From: Antedon mediterranea
Lineage: Eukaryota > Animalia > Echinodermata
DNA length: 64,000 nt
Assembly (NCBI RefSeq): GCF_964355755.1
Contig: NC_092674.1
Span: forward strand, 17,608,001-17,672,000
Direction: 5' to 3'
A program made the translations under genes and the position numbers. Below the pieces are notes generated by a model. It was not told the DNA's origin. It saw only the letters and a program-made list of their open reading frames with translations, and searched no databases. Below are positions 1-13,500 of the stretch, in pieces. Every line of letters begins with the position of its first letter. The first letter of the stretch is position 1.

Positions 1-3000
1 TCTAAACTGTTACTGAATAATAAACGGTCTTTTGACTAAACAATTCACTGATTATTCTACTATGTATTTACAGTTTAAATTCTCTAAACTGTTACTGATT
101 AATCAACTACATTTTGACTAGACAATTCACTGATTATTCTACTATGTATTTGGATTTTAAATTCTCTAAACTGTTACTGACTAATCAACTGTCTTTTGAC
201 TAAACAATTCACTGATTATTCTACTATGTATTTGCAGTTTAAATTCTCTAAACTGTTACTGAATAATCAACTGTCTTTTGACTAAACAATTCACTGATTA
301 TTCTACTATGTATTTGCAGTTTAAATTCTCTAAACTGTTACTGAATAATCAACTGTCTTTTGACTAAACAATTCACTGATTATTCTACTATGTATTTGCA
401 GTTTAAATTATCTAAACTGTTACTGACTAATCAACTACTTTTGACTAGACAATTCACTGATTATTCTACTATGTATTTGCAGTTTAAATTCTCTAAACTG
501 TTACTGACTAATCAACTACATTTCGACTAGACAATTCACTGATTATTCTACTATGTATTTGCAGTTTAAATTCTCTAAACTGTTACTGAATAATAAACGG
601 TCTTTTGACTAAACAATTCACTGATTATTCTACTATGTATTTACAGTTTAAATTATCTAAACTGTTACTGAATAATCAACTACATTTTGACTAGACAATT
701 CACTGATTATTCTACTATGTATTTGCAGTTTAAATTCTCTAAACTGTTATTGAATAATCAACTGTATTTTGACTAGACAATTCATTGATTATTCTACTAT
801 TTACACATAGTTTATATTCTCTAAACTGTTACTGAATAATCAACTGTATTTTGACTAAACAATTCATTGATTATTCTACTATTTGCACACAGTTTAAATT
901 CTCTAAACTGTTACTGACTAATCAACTGTCTTTTGACTAAACAATTCACTGATTATTCTACTATGTATTTGCAGTTTAAATTATCTAAACTGTTACTGAA
1001 TAATAAACGGTCTTTTGACTAGACAATTCACTGATTATTCTACTATTTACACACAGTTTAAATTCCCTAAACTGTTACTGACTAATCAACTGTCTTTTGA
1101 CTAAACAATTCACTGATTATTCTACTATGTATTTGCAGTTTAAATTATCTAAACTGTTACTGAATAATAAACGGTCTTTTGACTAGACAATTCACTGATT
1201 ATTCTACTATTTACACACAGTTTAAATTCCCTAAACTGTTACTGACTAATCAACTGTCTTTTGACTAAACAATTCACTGATTATTCTACTATGTATTTGC
1301 AGTTTAAATTATCTAAACTGTTACTGAATAATAAACGGTCTTTTGACTAGACAATTCACTGATTATTCTACTATTTACACACAGTTTAAATTCCCTAAAC
1401 TGTTACTGACTAATCAACTGTCTTTTGACTAAACAATTCACTGATTATTCTACTATGTATTTGCAGTTTAAATTATCTAAACTGTTACTGAATAATCAAC
1501 TGTATTTTGACTAAACAATTCACTGATTATTCTACTATGTATTTGCAGTTTAAATTCTATAAACTGTTACTGAATAATAAACGGTCTTTTGACTAAACAA
1601 TTCACTGATTATTCTACTATGTATTTACAGTTTAAATTCTCTAAACTGTTACTGAATAATCAACTGTCTTTTGACTAGACAATTCACTGATTATTCTACT
1701 ATGTATTTGCAGTTTAAATTATCTAAACTGTTACTGACTAATCAACTACATTTTGACTAGACAATTCACTGATTATTCTACTATGTATTTGCAGTTTAAA
1801 TTATCTAAACTGTTACTGAATAATCAACTGTCTTTTGACTAGACAATTCACTGATTATTCTATGTGTTTGCAGTTTAAATTCTCTAAACTGTTACTGAAT
1901 AATCAACTGTCTTTTGACTAAAAAATTCACTGATTATTCTACTATGTATTTGCAGTTTAAATTCTCTAAACTGTTACTGAATAATCAACTGTCTTTTGAC
2001 TAAAAAATTCACTGATTATTCTACTATGTATTTGCAGTTTAAATTCTCTAAACTGTTACTGAATAATCAACTGTCTTTTGACTAAAAAATTCACTGATTA
2101 TTCTACTATGTATTTGCAGTTTAAATTCTCTAAACTGTTACTGAATAATCAACTGTATTTTGACTAGACAATTCATTGATTATTGTACTATTTACACACA
2201 GTTTAAATTATCTAAACTGTTACTGACTAATCAACTACTTTTGACTAGACAATTCACTGATTATTCTACTATGTATTTGCAGTTTAAATTATCTAAACTG
2301 TTACTGACTAATCAACTACTTTTGACTAGACAATTCACTTATTATTCTACTATGTATTTGCAGTTTAAATTCTCTAAACTGTTACTGATTAATCAACTAC
2401 ATTTCGACTAGACAATTCACTGATTATTCTACTATGTATTTGCAGTTTAAATTATCTAAACTGTTACTGACTAATCAACTACATTTTGACTAGACAATTC
2501 ACTGATTATTCTACTATGTATTTGCAGTTTAAATTCTCTAAACTGTTACTGACTAATCAACTACATTTTGACTAAACAATTCACTGATTATTCTAATATG
2601 TATTTGCAGTTTAAATTCTCTAAACTGTTAAGTGTTACTGAATAATCAACTGTCTTTTGACTAAAAAATTCACTGATTATTCTACTATGTATTTGCAGTT
2701 TAAATTCTCTAAACTGTTACTGAATAATAAACGGTCTTTTGACTAGACAATTCATTGATTATTGTACTATTTAGACACAGTTTAAATTCTCTAAACTGTT
2801 ACTGACTAATCAACTGCCTTTTGACTAGACAATTCACTGATTATTCTACTATGTATTTGCAGTTTAAATTATCTAAACTGTTACTGAATAATAAACGGTC
2901 TTTTGACTAGACAATTCACTGATTATTCTACTATTTACACACAGTTTAAAATCCCTAAACTGTTACTGACTAATCAACTACATTTTGACTAGACAATTCA

Positions 3001-6000
3001 CTGATTATTCTACTATGTATTTGCAGTTTAAATTATCTAAACTGTTACTGAATAATCAACTGTCTTTTGACTAAACAATTCACTGATTATTCTACTATGT
3101 ATTTACAGTTTAAATTCTCTAAACTGTTACTGAATAATCAACTGTCTTTTGACTAAACAATTCACTGATTATTCTACTATGTATTTACAGTTTAAATTCT
3201 CTAAACTGTTACTGAATAATAAACGGTCTTTTGACTAAACAATTCACTGATTATTCTACTATGTATTTACAGTTTAAATTCTCTAAACTGTTACTGATTA
3301 ATCAACTACATTTTGACTAGACAATTCACTGATTATTCTACTATGTATTTGGATTTTAAATTCTCTAAACTGTTACTGACTAATCAACTGTCTTTTGACT
3401 AGACAATTCATTGATTATTCTACTATTTACACATAGTTTAAATTCTCTAAACTTTTACTGACTAATCAACTACTTTTGACTAGACAATTCACTGATTATT
3501 CTACTATGTATTTGCAGTTTAAATTATCTAAACTGTTACTGACTAATCAACTACTTTTGACTAGACAATTCACTGATTATTCTACTATGTATTTGCAGTT
3601 TAAATTATCTAAACTGTTACTGACTAATCAACTACATTTCGACTAGACAATTCACTGATTATTCTACTATGTATTTGCAGTTTAAATTATCTAAACTGTT
3701 ACTGACTAATCAACTACTTTTGACTAAACAATTCACTGATTATTCTACTATGTATTTGCAGTTTAAATTCTCTAAACTGTTACTGACTAATCAACTACAT
3801 TTCGACTAGACAATTCACTGATTATTCTACTATGTATTTGCAGTTTAAATTATCTAAACTGTTACTGATTAATCAACTACATTTCGACTAGACAATTCAC
3901 TGATTATTCTACTATGTATTTGCAGTTTAAATTATCTAAACTGTTACTGACTAATCAACTACATTTTGACTAGACAATTCACTGATTATTCTACTATGTA
4001 TTTGCAGTTTAAATTCTCTAAACTGTTACTGAATAATAAACGGTCTTTTGACTAAACAATTCACTGATTATTCTACTATGTATTTGCAGTTTAAATTATC
4101 TAAACTGTTACTGACTAATCAACTACTTTTGACTAGACAATTCACTGATTATTCTACTATGTATTTGCAGTTTAAATTATCTAAACTGTTACTGACTAAT
4201 CAACTACATTTCGACTAGACAATTCACTGATTATTCTACTATGTATTTGCAGTTTAAATTATCTAAACTGTTACTGACTAATCAACTACTTTTGACTAAA
4301 CAATTCACTGATTATTCTACTATGTATTTGCAGTTTAAATTCTCTAAACTGTTACTGACTAATCAACTACATTTCGACTAGACAATTCACTGATTATTCT
4401 ACTATGTATTTGCAGTTTAAATTATCTAAACTGTTACTGATTAATCAACTACATTTCGACTAGACAATTCACTGATTATTCTACTATGTATTTGCAGTTT
4501 AAATTATCTAAACTGTTACTGACTAATCAACTACATTTTGACTAGACAATTCACTGATTATTCTACTATGTATTTGCAGTTTAAATTCTCTAAACTGTTA
4601 CTGAATAATAAACGGTCTTTTGACTAAACAATTCACTGATTATTCTACTATGTATTTGCAGTTTAAATTCTCTAAACTGTTACTGACTAATCAACTGCCT
4701 TTTGACTAGACAATTCACTGATTATTCTACTATGTATTTACAGTTTAAATTCTCTAAACTGTTACTGACTAATCAACTACATTTTGACTAAACAATTCAC
4801 TGATTATTCTAATATGTATTTGAAGTTTAAATTCTCTAAACTGTTAAGTGTTACTGAATAATCAACTGTCTTTTGACTAAAAAATTCACTGATTATTCTA
4901 CTATGTATTTGCAGTTTAAATTCTCTAAACTGTTACTGAATAATCAACTGTATTTTGACTAGACAATTCATTGATTATTGTACTATTTAGACACAGTTTA
5001 AATTATCTAAACTGTTACTGACTAATCAACTGCCTTTTGACTAAACAATTCACTGATTATTCTACTATGTATTTGCAGTTTAAATTCTCTAAACTGTTAC
5101 TGAATAATCAACTGCCTTTTGACTAAACAATTCACTGATTATTCTACTATGTATTTGCAGTTTAAATTCTCTAAACTGTTACTGACTAATCAACTACATT
5201 TCGACTAGACAATTCACTGATTATTCTACTATGTATTTGCAGTTTAAATTATCTAAACTGTTACTGACTAATCAACTACTTTTGACTAGACAATTCACTG
5301 ATTATTCTACTATGTATTTGCAGTTTAAATTCTCTAAACTGTTACTGACTAATCAACTACATTTCGACTAGACAATTCACTGATTATTCTACTATGTATT
5401 TGCAGTTTAAATTATCTAAACTGTTACTGACTAATCAACTACTTTTGACTAGACAATTCACTGATTATTCTACTATGTATTTGCAGTTTAAATTATCTAA
5501 ACTGTTACTGACTAATCAACTAAATTTCGACTAGACAATTCACTGATTATTCTAATATGTATTTGCAGTTTAAATTCTCTAAACTGTTACTGAATAATCA
5601 ACTGTATTTCGACTAAACAATTCATTGATTATTGTACTATTTACCAACAGTTTAAATTATCTAAACTGTTACTGAATAATCAACTGTCTTTTGACTAAAA
5701 AATTCACTTATTATTCTACTATGTATTTGCAGTTTAAATTCTCTAAACTGTTACTGAATAATCAACTGTATTTTGACTAGACAATTCATTGATTATTGTA
5801 CTATTTACACACAGTTTAAATTATCTAAACTGTTACTGACTAATCAACTACTTTTGACTAGACAACTCACTGATTATTCTACTATGTATTTGCAGTTTAA
5901 ATTATCTAAACTGTTACTGATTAATCAACTACATTTCGACTAGACAATTCACTGATTATTCTACTATGTATTTGCAGTTTAAATTATCTAAACTGTTACT

Positions 6001-7528
6001 GATTAATCAACTACATTTCGACTAGACAATTCACTGATTATTCTACTATTTACACACAGTTTAAATTCCCTAAACTGTTACTGACTAATCAACTGTCTTT
6101 TGACTAAACAATTCACTGATTATTCTACTATGTATTTGCAGTTTAAATTATCTAAACTGTTACTGACTAATCAACTACTTTTGACTAGACAATTCACTGA
6201 TTATTCTACTATGTATTTGCAGTTTAAATTCTCTAAACTGTTACTGAATAATCAACTACTTTTGACTAGACAATTCACTGATTATTCTACTATGTATTTG
6301 CAGTTTAAATTCTCTAAACTGTTACTGAATAATCAACTGTCTTTTGACTAGACAATTCACTTATTATTCTACTATTTACACACAGTTTAAATTATCTAAA
6401 CTGTTACTGACTAATCAACTACATTTTGATTAAACAATTTACTGATTATTCTACTATGTATTTGCAGTTTAAATTATCTAAACTGTTACTGACTAATCAA
6501 CTACTTTTGACTAGACAATTCACTGATTATTCTACTATGTATTTGCAGTTTAAATTATCTAAACTGTTACTGACTAATCAACTACTTTTGACTAGACAAT
6601 TCACTGATTATTCTACTATGTATTTGCAGTTTAAATTATCTAAACTGTTACTGACTAATCAACTACTTTTGACTAGACAATTCACTGATTATTCTACTAT
6701 GTATTTGCAGTTTAAATTATCTAAACTGTTACTGACTAATCAACTACTTTTGACTAGACAATTAACTTATTATTCTACTATGTATTTGCAGTTTAAATTC
6801 TCTAAACTGTTACTCAATAATCAACTGTCTTTTGACTAGACAATTCACTGATTATTCTACTATGTATTTGCAGTTTAAATTATCTAAACTGTTACTGATT
6901 AATCAACTACATTTCGACTAGACAATTCACTGATTATTCTACTATTTACACACAGTTTAAATTCTCTAAACTGTTCCTGAATAATCAACTGTATTTTGAC
7001 TAAACAATTCACTGATTATTCTACTATGTATTTGCAGTTTAAATTCTCTAAACTGTTACTGAATAATAAACGGTCTTTTGACTAAACAATTCACTGATTA
7101 TTCTACTATGTATTTACAGTTTAAATTCTCTAAACTGTTACTGATTAATCAACTACATTTCGACTAGACAATTCACTGATTATTCTACTATGTATTTACA
7201 GTTTAAATTCTCTAAACTGTTACTGACTAATCAACTACATTTTGAATAAACAATTCACTGATTATTCTAATATGTATTTGCAGTTTAAATTATCTAAACT
7301 GTTACTGATTAATCAACTACATTTCGACTAGACAATTCACTGATTATTCTACTATGTATTTGCAGTTTAAATTATCTAAACTGTTACTGATTAATCAACT
7401 ACATTTCGACTAGACAATTCACTGATTATTCTACTATGTATTTGCAGTTTAAATTATCTAAACTGTTACTGACTAATCAACTACATTTTGACTAGACAAT
7501 TCACTGATTATTCTACTATGTATTTGCA
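1..7528. repeat. 81-82 bp tandem satellite array (continues off the left edge)
   Basis: Unit TCTAAACTGTTACTGA(A/C)TAATCAACT..TTTTGACTA(A/G)ACAATTCACTGATTATTCTACTATGTATTTGCAGTTTAAAT(T/A) is repeated continuously and ends abruptly at ..TATTTGCA 7528. Confidence 0.98.
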
Positions 7529-10500
7529 AATCTTCATAGTTCTATAGAAAACTTGCAATGCTTTTAAATAATTTCTTGCTACTGCATGCCACTGAAATTA
7601 AAAACATAAACCTACCTTTGGATGGATCCTCCTCATTTTGTCATATAACTGTTGAAATTCATAGTAATGGAGAACTGGATTTTTGTTATAGACTTCTCTT
7701 GCCTACAAAAAAAAATAAAAATTGTATTTAATAATGTGATGGTGATTATTACAATTAAATAGATAATACATAAACATTAAACATACTGTTCTTTTTGGCA
7801 CATGACCCTCTTCTATTTGTCTGCCAAACAATTTAAATACAGCGTCCATAACGTCTTGGTTGTCGAATTTCGACTTTGGGCCATGTTTGCTTAGAGGATG
7901 GCTTACAGACTAGTTATATTGAAAGTAGAAAAATAATAAAGTCAAATTAATAGGTGAAATAAGTTTTACAGAAAATGTACTTTAAGTATTTCAAATGAGA
8001 ATTGTATTGATGTTTTAGATAACAATAATAATGACAATAATACCAGGAGTAATTAAAGTGCTTGTAAGATTAACTGGTGGATGATGTTAATATGAAATTG
8101 TATGCCACATATGGATTTGATTATGGGTGATTAGCATAGATTAAATTAAAATAAAATAAACACATTCTATAAACTCAGTACTACACAAAACTAAAAATGC
8201 ATGCAGTTATTTGGTGGTTGATGTTAAAATAAAAGTGTATGCCACATCAGGATTTCAACCCGAGACAAGAGTGTCGATGCTCTACCAGCTGAGCTATGAT
8301 AGCATCCTATAAAAGAAATAGATTTTAGTGATTAGCATGGATTAACACATTCTATAAACCACTAAACAAACAAAAAACGTGCATGCAGTTATCTGGTGGA
8401 TGATGTTAATATGAAAGTGTATGGCACATCAGGATTTGAACCCGAGACCAGAGTGCCGATGCTCTACAAGCTGAGCTATGATAGCATCCTATAAAAGAAA
8501 TAGATTTTAGTGATTAGCATGGATCAACACATTCTATAAACCACTAAACAAACAAAAAACGTGCATGCAGTTATCTGGTGGATGATGTTAATATGAAGGT
8601 GTATGCCACATCAGGATTTGAATCTGAAAAATTAGCATAGATTAAACTAAAATAAAACAAACACACAAACACATTCTATAAACTACTAAACAAATAAACA
8701 TGCATGCAGTTATCTGGTGGATGATGTGAGATATGAAAGTGTATGCCATATCAGGATTTGAATCTGAAAAATTAGTATAGATTAAATAAAAAAAAAAGCA
8801 CAAACACATTCTATAAACTACTAAGCTACCAACTGAGCTATGATAGCATTCTATAACAGAAGAAGATGTTGATATTTAGTATGGAAAAATCATTCTGAAA
8901 ACTACTACATTTAAACAATATACAACTGCAAAGTGAGGATTTGAACAATTACTTTAGAAACTACAGAAGTTATCTTGGGGAGGCCTCAAATTAGTTTGTA
9001 TAAATAAATTAACTAAGCATACAAACTAGAGAATACAAAGAGTAATGTGCAAATTTAAAAAGTAAACATTTTCCTGTTCTTTGAGATACCAAGACCTGAT
9101 AAAAACAGTTAAAGAATGTCCATACAAGTACAAGGGACATTTTGCTGACCTGAAATAAAAACTAATTAAACAAGTACAGTAAAGCCAAATATACCAGGAA
9201 ACTTTGCTGACCTGGTAAAAACATTAGTGCAATATATTGGGAGACTCAAAATCCTACCATCACTCAAGGAATCATACTGCAGTACTAAAACGATAATGTA
9301 CAGTACTCATACAAATTGTTTAAAAATACTACATCAACGTTGACCATATATTGCAGTACCAATTAAAAAGAGTGTGGACTGGAGTGTGGTCTGGCAATAT
9401 TAGTTTGATGCTTTACAAATGTGTCCTTATTAACAATTATTGAATACTTACAGATGATGGCGCTTCATTCGCATGTGCTTGAGAAATTTCCTGGTGAATG
9501 TAAAATAATATTGTACATAATACCATTACTTGTTTCATTATTCGTAAAGAGGTATACAAGATAATAATAATGATTACATAGAATTCAGTCCTGTAAATAA
9601 ATGGACACTGGAAAAATATATATTTATGTGAAAATTGTATCTTACCAGCATTTCATCTATGGTGTCCTCCACACTTGAAAATGCAACCTAGAAAAGATAT
9701 ACCTTAAAGTGAAGTATGTATTGCATTTGGGATAATAAAAGCTTAATATTAAAATGATTTAAGATGCGAAATTGTGTTCCTTTAATTGGTAGTTATACAG
9801 CATTTATAAAACACATAAATTATACAGTTTGCATTCTTTTGTTTTTTATATGAAAGTAATGGCCATCCTTACCTGGACATCAGCAGTTTCATTTATATTC
9901 TGAAAAAGTGTACATAGCACATTAAAAAAAGTAAAGTAAAATTTTAGTTAATAGATGCAATGTTTGTTTTCTTGTTGATTGCTAATTATTAAAGTGTTAG
10001 ATATATTCTTTATATTATGTTATGTTTCAATAAAAAATAAACATCTTTCGGGATACAAACATTTTAGACAGAAATTAAATCTTACCCCACTTCTCCCGAG
10101 TTGACGGTTTGCTGCTATAAGATTGTGGGCTCTTACAGCCGTCTCCCGGGATTGCGTGGCTACTAAAACAAAATAAAAATGAAAGTGTATGCCAGATCAG
10201 GATTTGAACCGGAGACCTTCGACTAGAGTGCCGATGCTCTACCAGCTGAGCTATGTTAGCATTCTATACAAGAAATAAATTTTAGTGATTAGCATGGATT
10301 AACACATTCTATAAACTACTAAACAAAAACATGCATGCAGTTATCTGGTGGATGATGTTAATATGAAAGTGTATGCCACATCAGGATTTGAATCTGAGTG
10401 ATTAGCATAGATTAAATTAAAATAAAACAAACATACATACAAACACATTATATAAACTACTAAATAAATAAACATGCATGCAGTTATCTGGTGGATGATG

Positions 10501-13500
10501 TGAGATATGAAAGTGTATGCCACATCATGAATTAAATCTGAGTGATTAGCATAGATTAAATTAAAGTAAAATAAACACACAAACACATTCTATAAACTAC
10601 TAAACAAATAAACATGCATGCAGTAATCTGGTGGATGATGTGAGATATGAAAGTGTATGCCATATCAGGATTTGAATCTGAAAAATTAGCATAGATTAAA
10701 CTAAAATAAAACAAACACACAAACACATTCTATAAACTACTAAACAAATAAACATGCATGCAGTTATCTGGTGGATGATGTGAGATATGAAAGTGTATGT
10801 CACATCTGAATTTGAAAAATTAGTATAGATTAAATTAAAATAAACAAAAACTGAAACACATTCTATAAACTACTAAACAAATAAACATGCATGCAGTTAT
10901 CTGGTGGATGATGTTAGATATGAAAGTGTATGCCACATCAGGATTTGAATCCGAGTGATTAGCATAGATTAAATTAACAAAAATAAACACACAAACACAT
11001 TCTATAAAGTACTGAATAAATAAACATGCATGCAGTTATCTGGTGGATGATGTGAGATATGAAAGTGTATGCCACATCAGGATTTGAACCCGAGACCTTC
11101 GACAAGAGTGCCGATGCTCTACCAGCTGAGCTATGATAGCATTCTATAAAAGAAATAGATTTTAGTGATTAGCATGGATTAACACATTCTATAAACTATT
11201 AAACAAAAAACATGCATGCAGTTATCTGGTGGATGATGTTAATATGAAAGTGTATGCCACATCAGGATTTGAATCCGAAAAATTAGCATAGATTAAATTT
11301 AAAAAAAACAAACACACAAACACATTCTATAAACTACTAAACAAATAAACATTCATGCAGTTATCTGGTGGATGATGTTAATATGAAAGTGTATGCCACA
11401 TCAGGATTTGAATCTGAGTGATTAGCATAGATTAAATTAAAATAAAACAAACATACAAACACATTCTATAAACTACTAAACAAATAAACATTCATGCAGT
11501 TATCTGGTGGATGATGTTAATATGAAAGTGTATGCCACATCAGATTTGAATCTGAGTGATTAACATAGATTAAATTAAAATAAAACAAACACACAAACAC
11601 ATTCTATAAACTACTAAATAAATAAACATGCATGCAGTTATCTGGTGGATGATGTTAGATATGAAAGTGTATGCCACATCAGGATTTGAATCTGAGTGAT
11701 TAGCATAGATTAAATTAAAATAAAACAAACATACAAACACATTCTATAAACTACTAAACAAATAAACATGCATGCAGTTATCTGGTGGATGATGTTAATA
11801 TGAAAGTGTATGCCACATCAGGATTTGAATCTGAGTGATTAGCATAGATTAAATTAAAATAAAACAAACATACAAACACATTCTATAAACTACTAAACAA
11901 ATAAACATTCATGCAGTTATCTGGTGGATGATGTTAATATGAAAGTGTATGCCACATCAGGATTTGAATCTGAGTGATTAGCATAGATTAAATTAAAATA
12001 AAACAAACACACAAACACATTCTATAAACTACTAAATAAATAAACATGCATGCAGTTATCTGGTGGATGATGTTAATATGAAAGTGTATGCCACATCAGG
12101 ATTTGAACCCGAGACCTTCGACAAGAGTGCCGATGCTCTACCAGCTGAGCTATGATAGCATTCTATAAAAGAAATAGATTTTAGTGATTAGCATGGATTA
12201 ACACATTCTATAAACTACTAAACAAATAAACATGCATGCAGTTATCTGGTGGATGATGTTAATATGAAAGTGTATGCCACATCAGGATTTGAATCTGAGT
12301 GATTAGCATAGATTAAATTAAAGTAAAATAAACACACAAACACATTCTATAAACTACTAAACAAAAAAAAAACATGCATGCAGTTATCTGGTGGATGATG
12401 TTAATATGAAAGTGTATGCCACATCAGGATTTGAACCTGAGACTTTCAACAAGAGTGCCGATGCTCTACCAGCTGAGCTATGATAGTATTCTATAAAAGA
12501 AATAGATTTTAGTGATTAGCATGGATTAACACATTCTATAAACCACTAAAACAAAATATTAAAAATTAAATACACAGTTATTGAGTGGATGATGTATGAC
12601 ACATCAGGATTTGAACTAGATGTAAATGTTCAGAAATAAGGTTATTTATTTATTATAAAATTATGTGTGAATATTTTTGCCTTTAAAATAGTTTACTTTT
12701 CCCATTCTCCTAGTTTAATTTAATAAAATTAAAATTGCCAATCATCCAATGCCTGAAATAAAAGGTAACATACTACATTTTTATATATCAATAGTAAAAG
12801 TAAAAGGATAGCCAGCCAGACAACCATAATAATATTGTGCAAGAATGCACCCAGATAGATTAAGGGTACTTGGAAATCAATTAACTACTACTGTACTTAG
12901 TTTAGTAAAAGGATTTTGATCATTTACATAGTGACCTTGTCCTGGTAAATACAGGTGAACCTTAGAACAATATCATAATCAACATTTTACCTATACCTAA
13001 TTACCTTTACTAACACAATGACTAAATAAGCTAGGATTAAGGTTAGTTTTAGTTATTTCTCCTAGTTTCTCCTAGTCTTTACCTAATAACATACAATATG
13101 ATAAATCTTATGATTATCAATACATTTTATGGATAAAGAAATAATATAAAAAACATACCAACTATGCTTTTAATTGTTTTCTCAGATTTTCTGAGATAAT
13201 GGGATTGTTCGTCCGCCGAAACTAGATCACCTTAAAAGAAAATTAAAACATATTATTATTATTATTTCAATTTAAATAATATGACTTTCAAACATTTGAT
13301 GAAAAGAAAAACTTTAATTCAATAGATGTTACCTTCAATTTCTTCGTGCTTTTTGGCCTTCTCTTCAGAAATGCGTTTTCTGAGAGCTTTGCTCAGGCCT
13401 TTGCATGCATCTTTGCACTTGTATATTTCGGCAAGCGAAACAGATTTAGATTCGTATATTGAAATGTAGTCCAATATTTTCACAAAGGAGCACAGGTAGT

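Noticed and set aside
2160-6839. Repetitive ORFs (TRQFTDYSTMYLQFKLSKLLL..)
   Set aside because: They arise only where 81-bp satellite units follow one another; 82-bp units break the frame.
11070-11140. Functional tRNA gene cluster
   Set aside because: All copies have a 6-nt anticodon loop and an imperfect acceptor stem, so they are reported as tRNA-like only.
12690-12960. Possible small exons where the YR catalytic domain should be
   Set aside because: They are too short, mostly contain stops in the required phase, and show no catalytic motifs.
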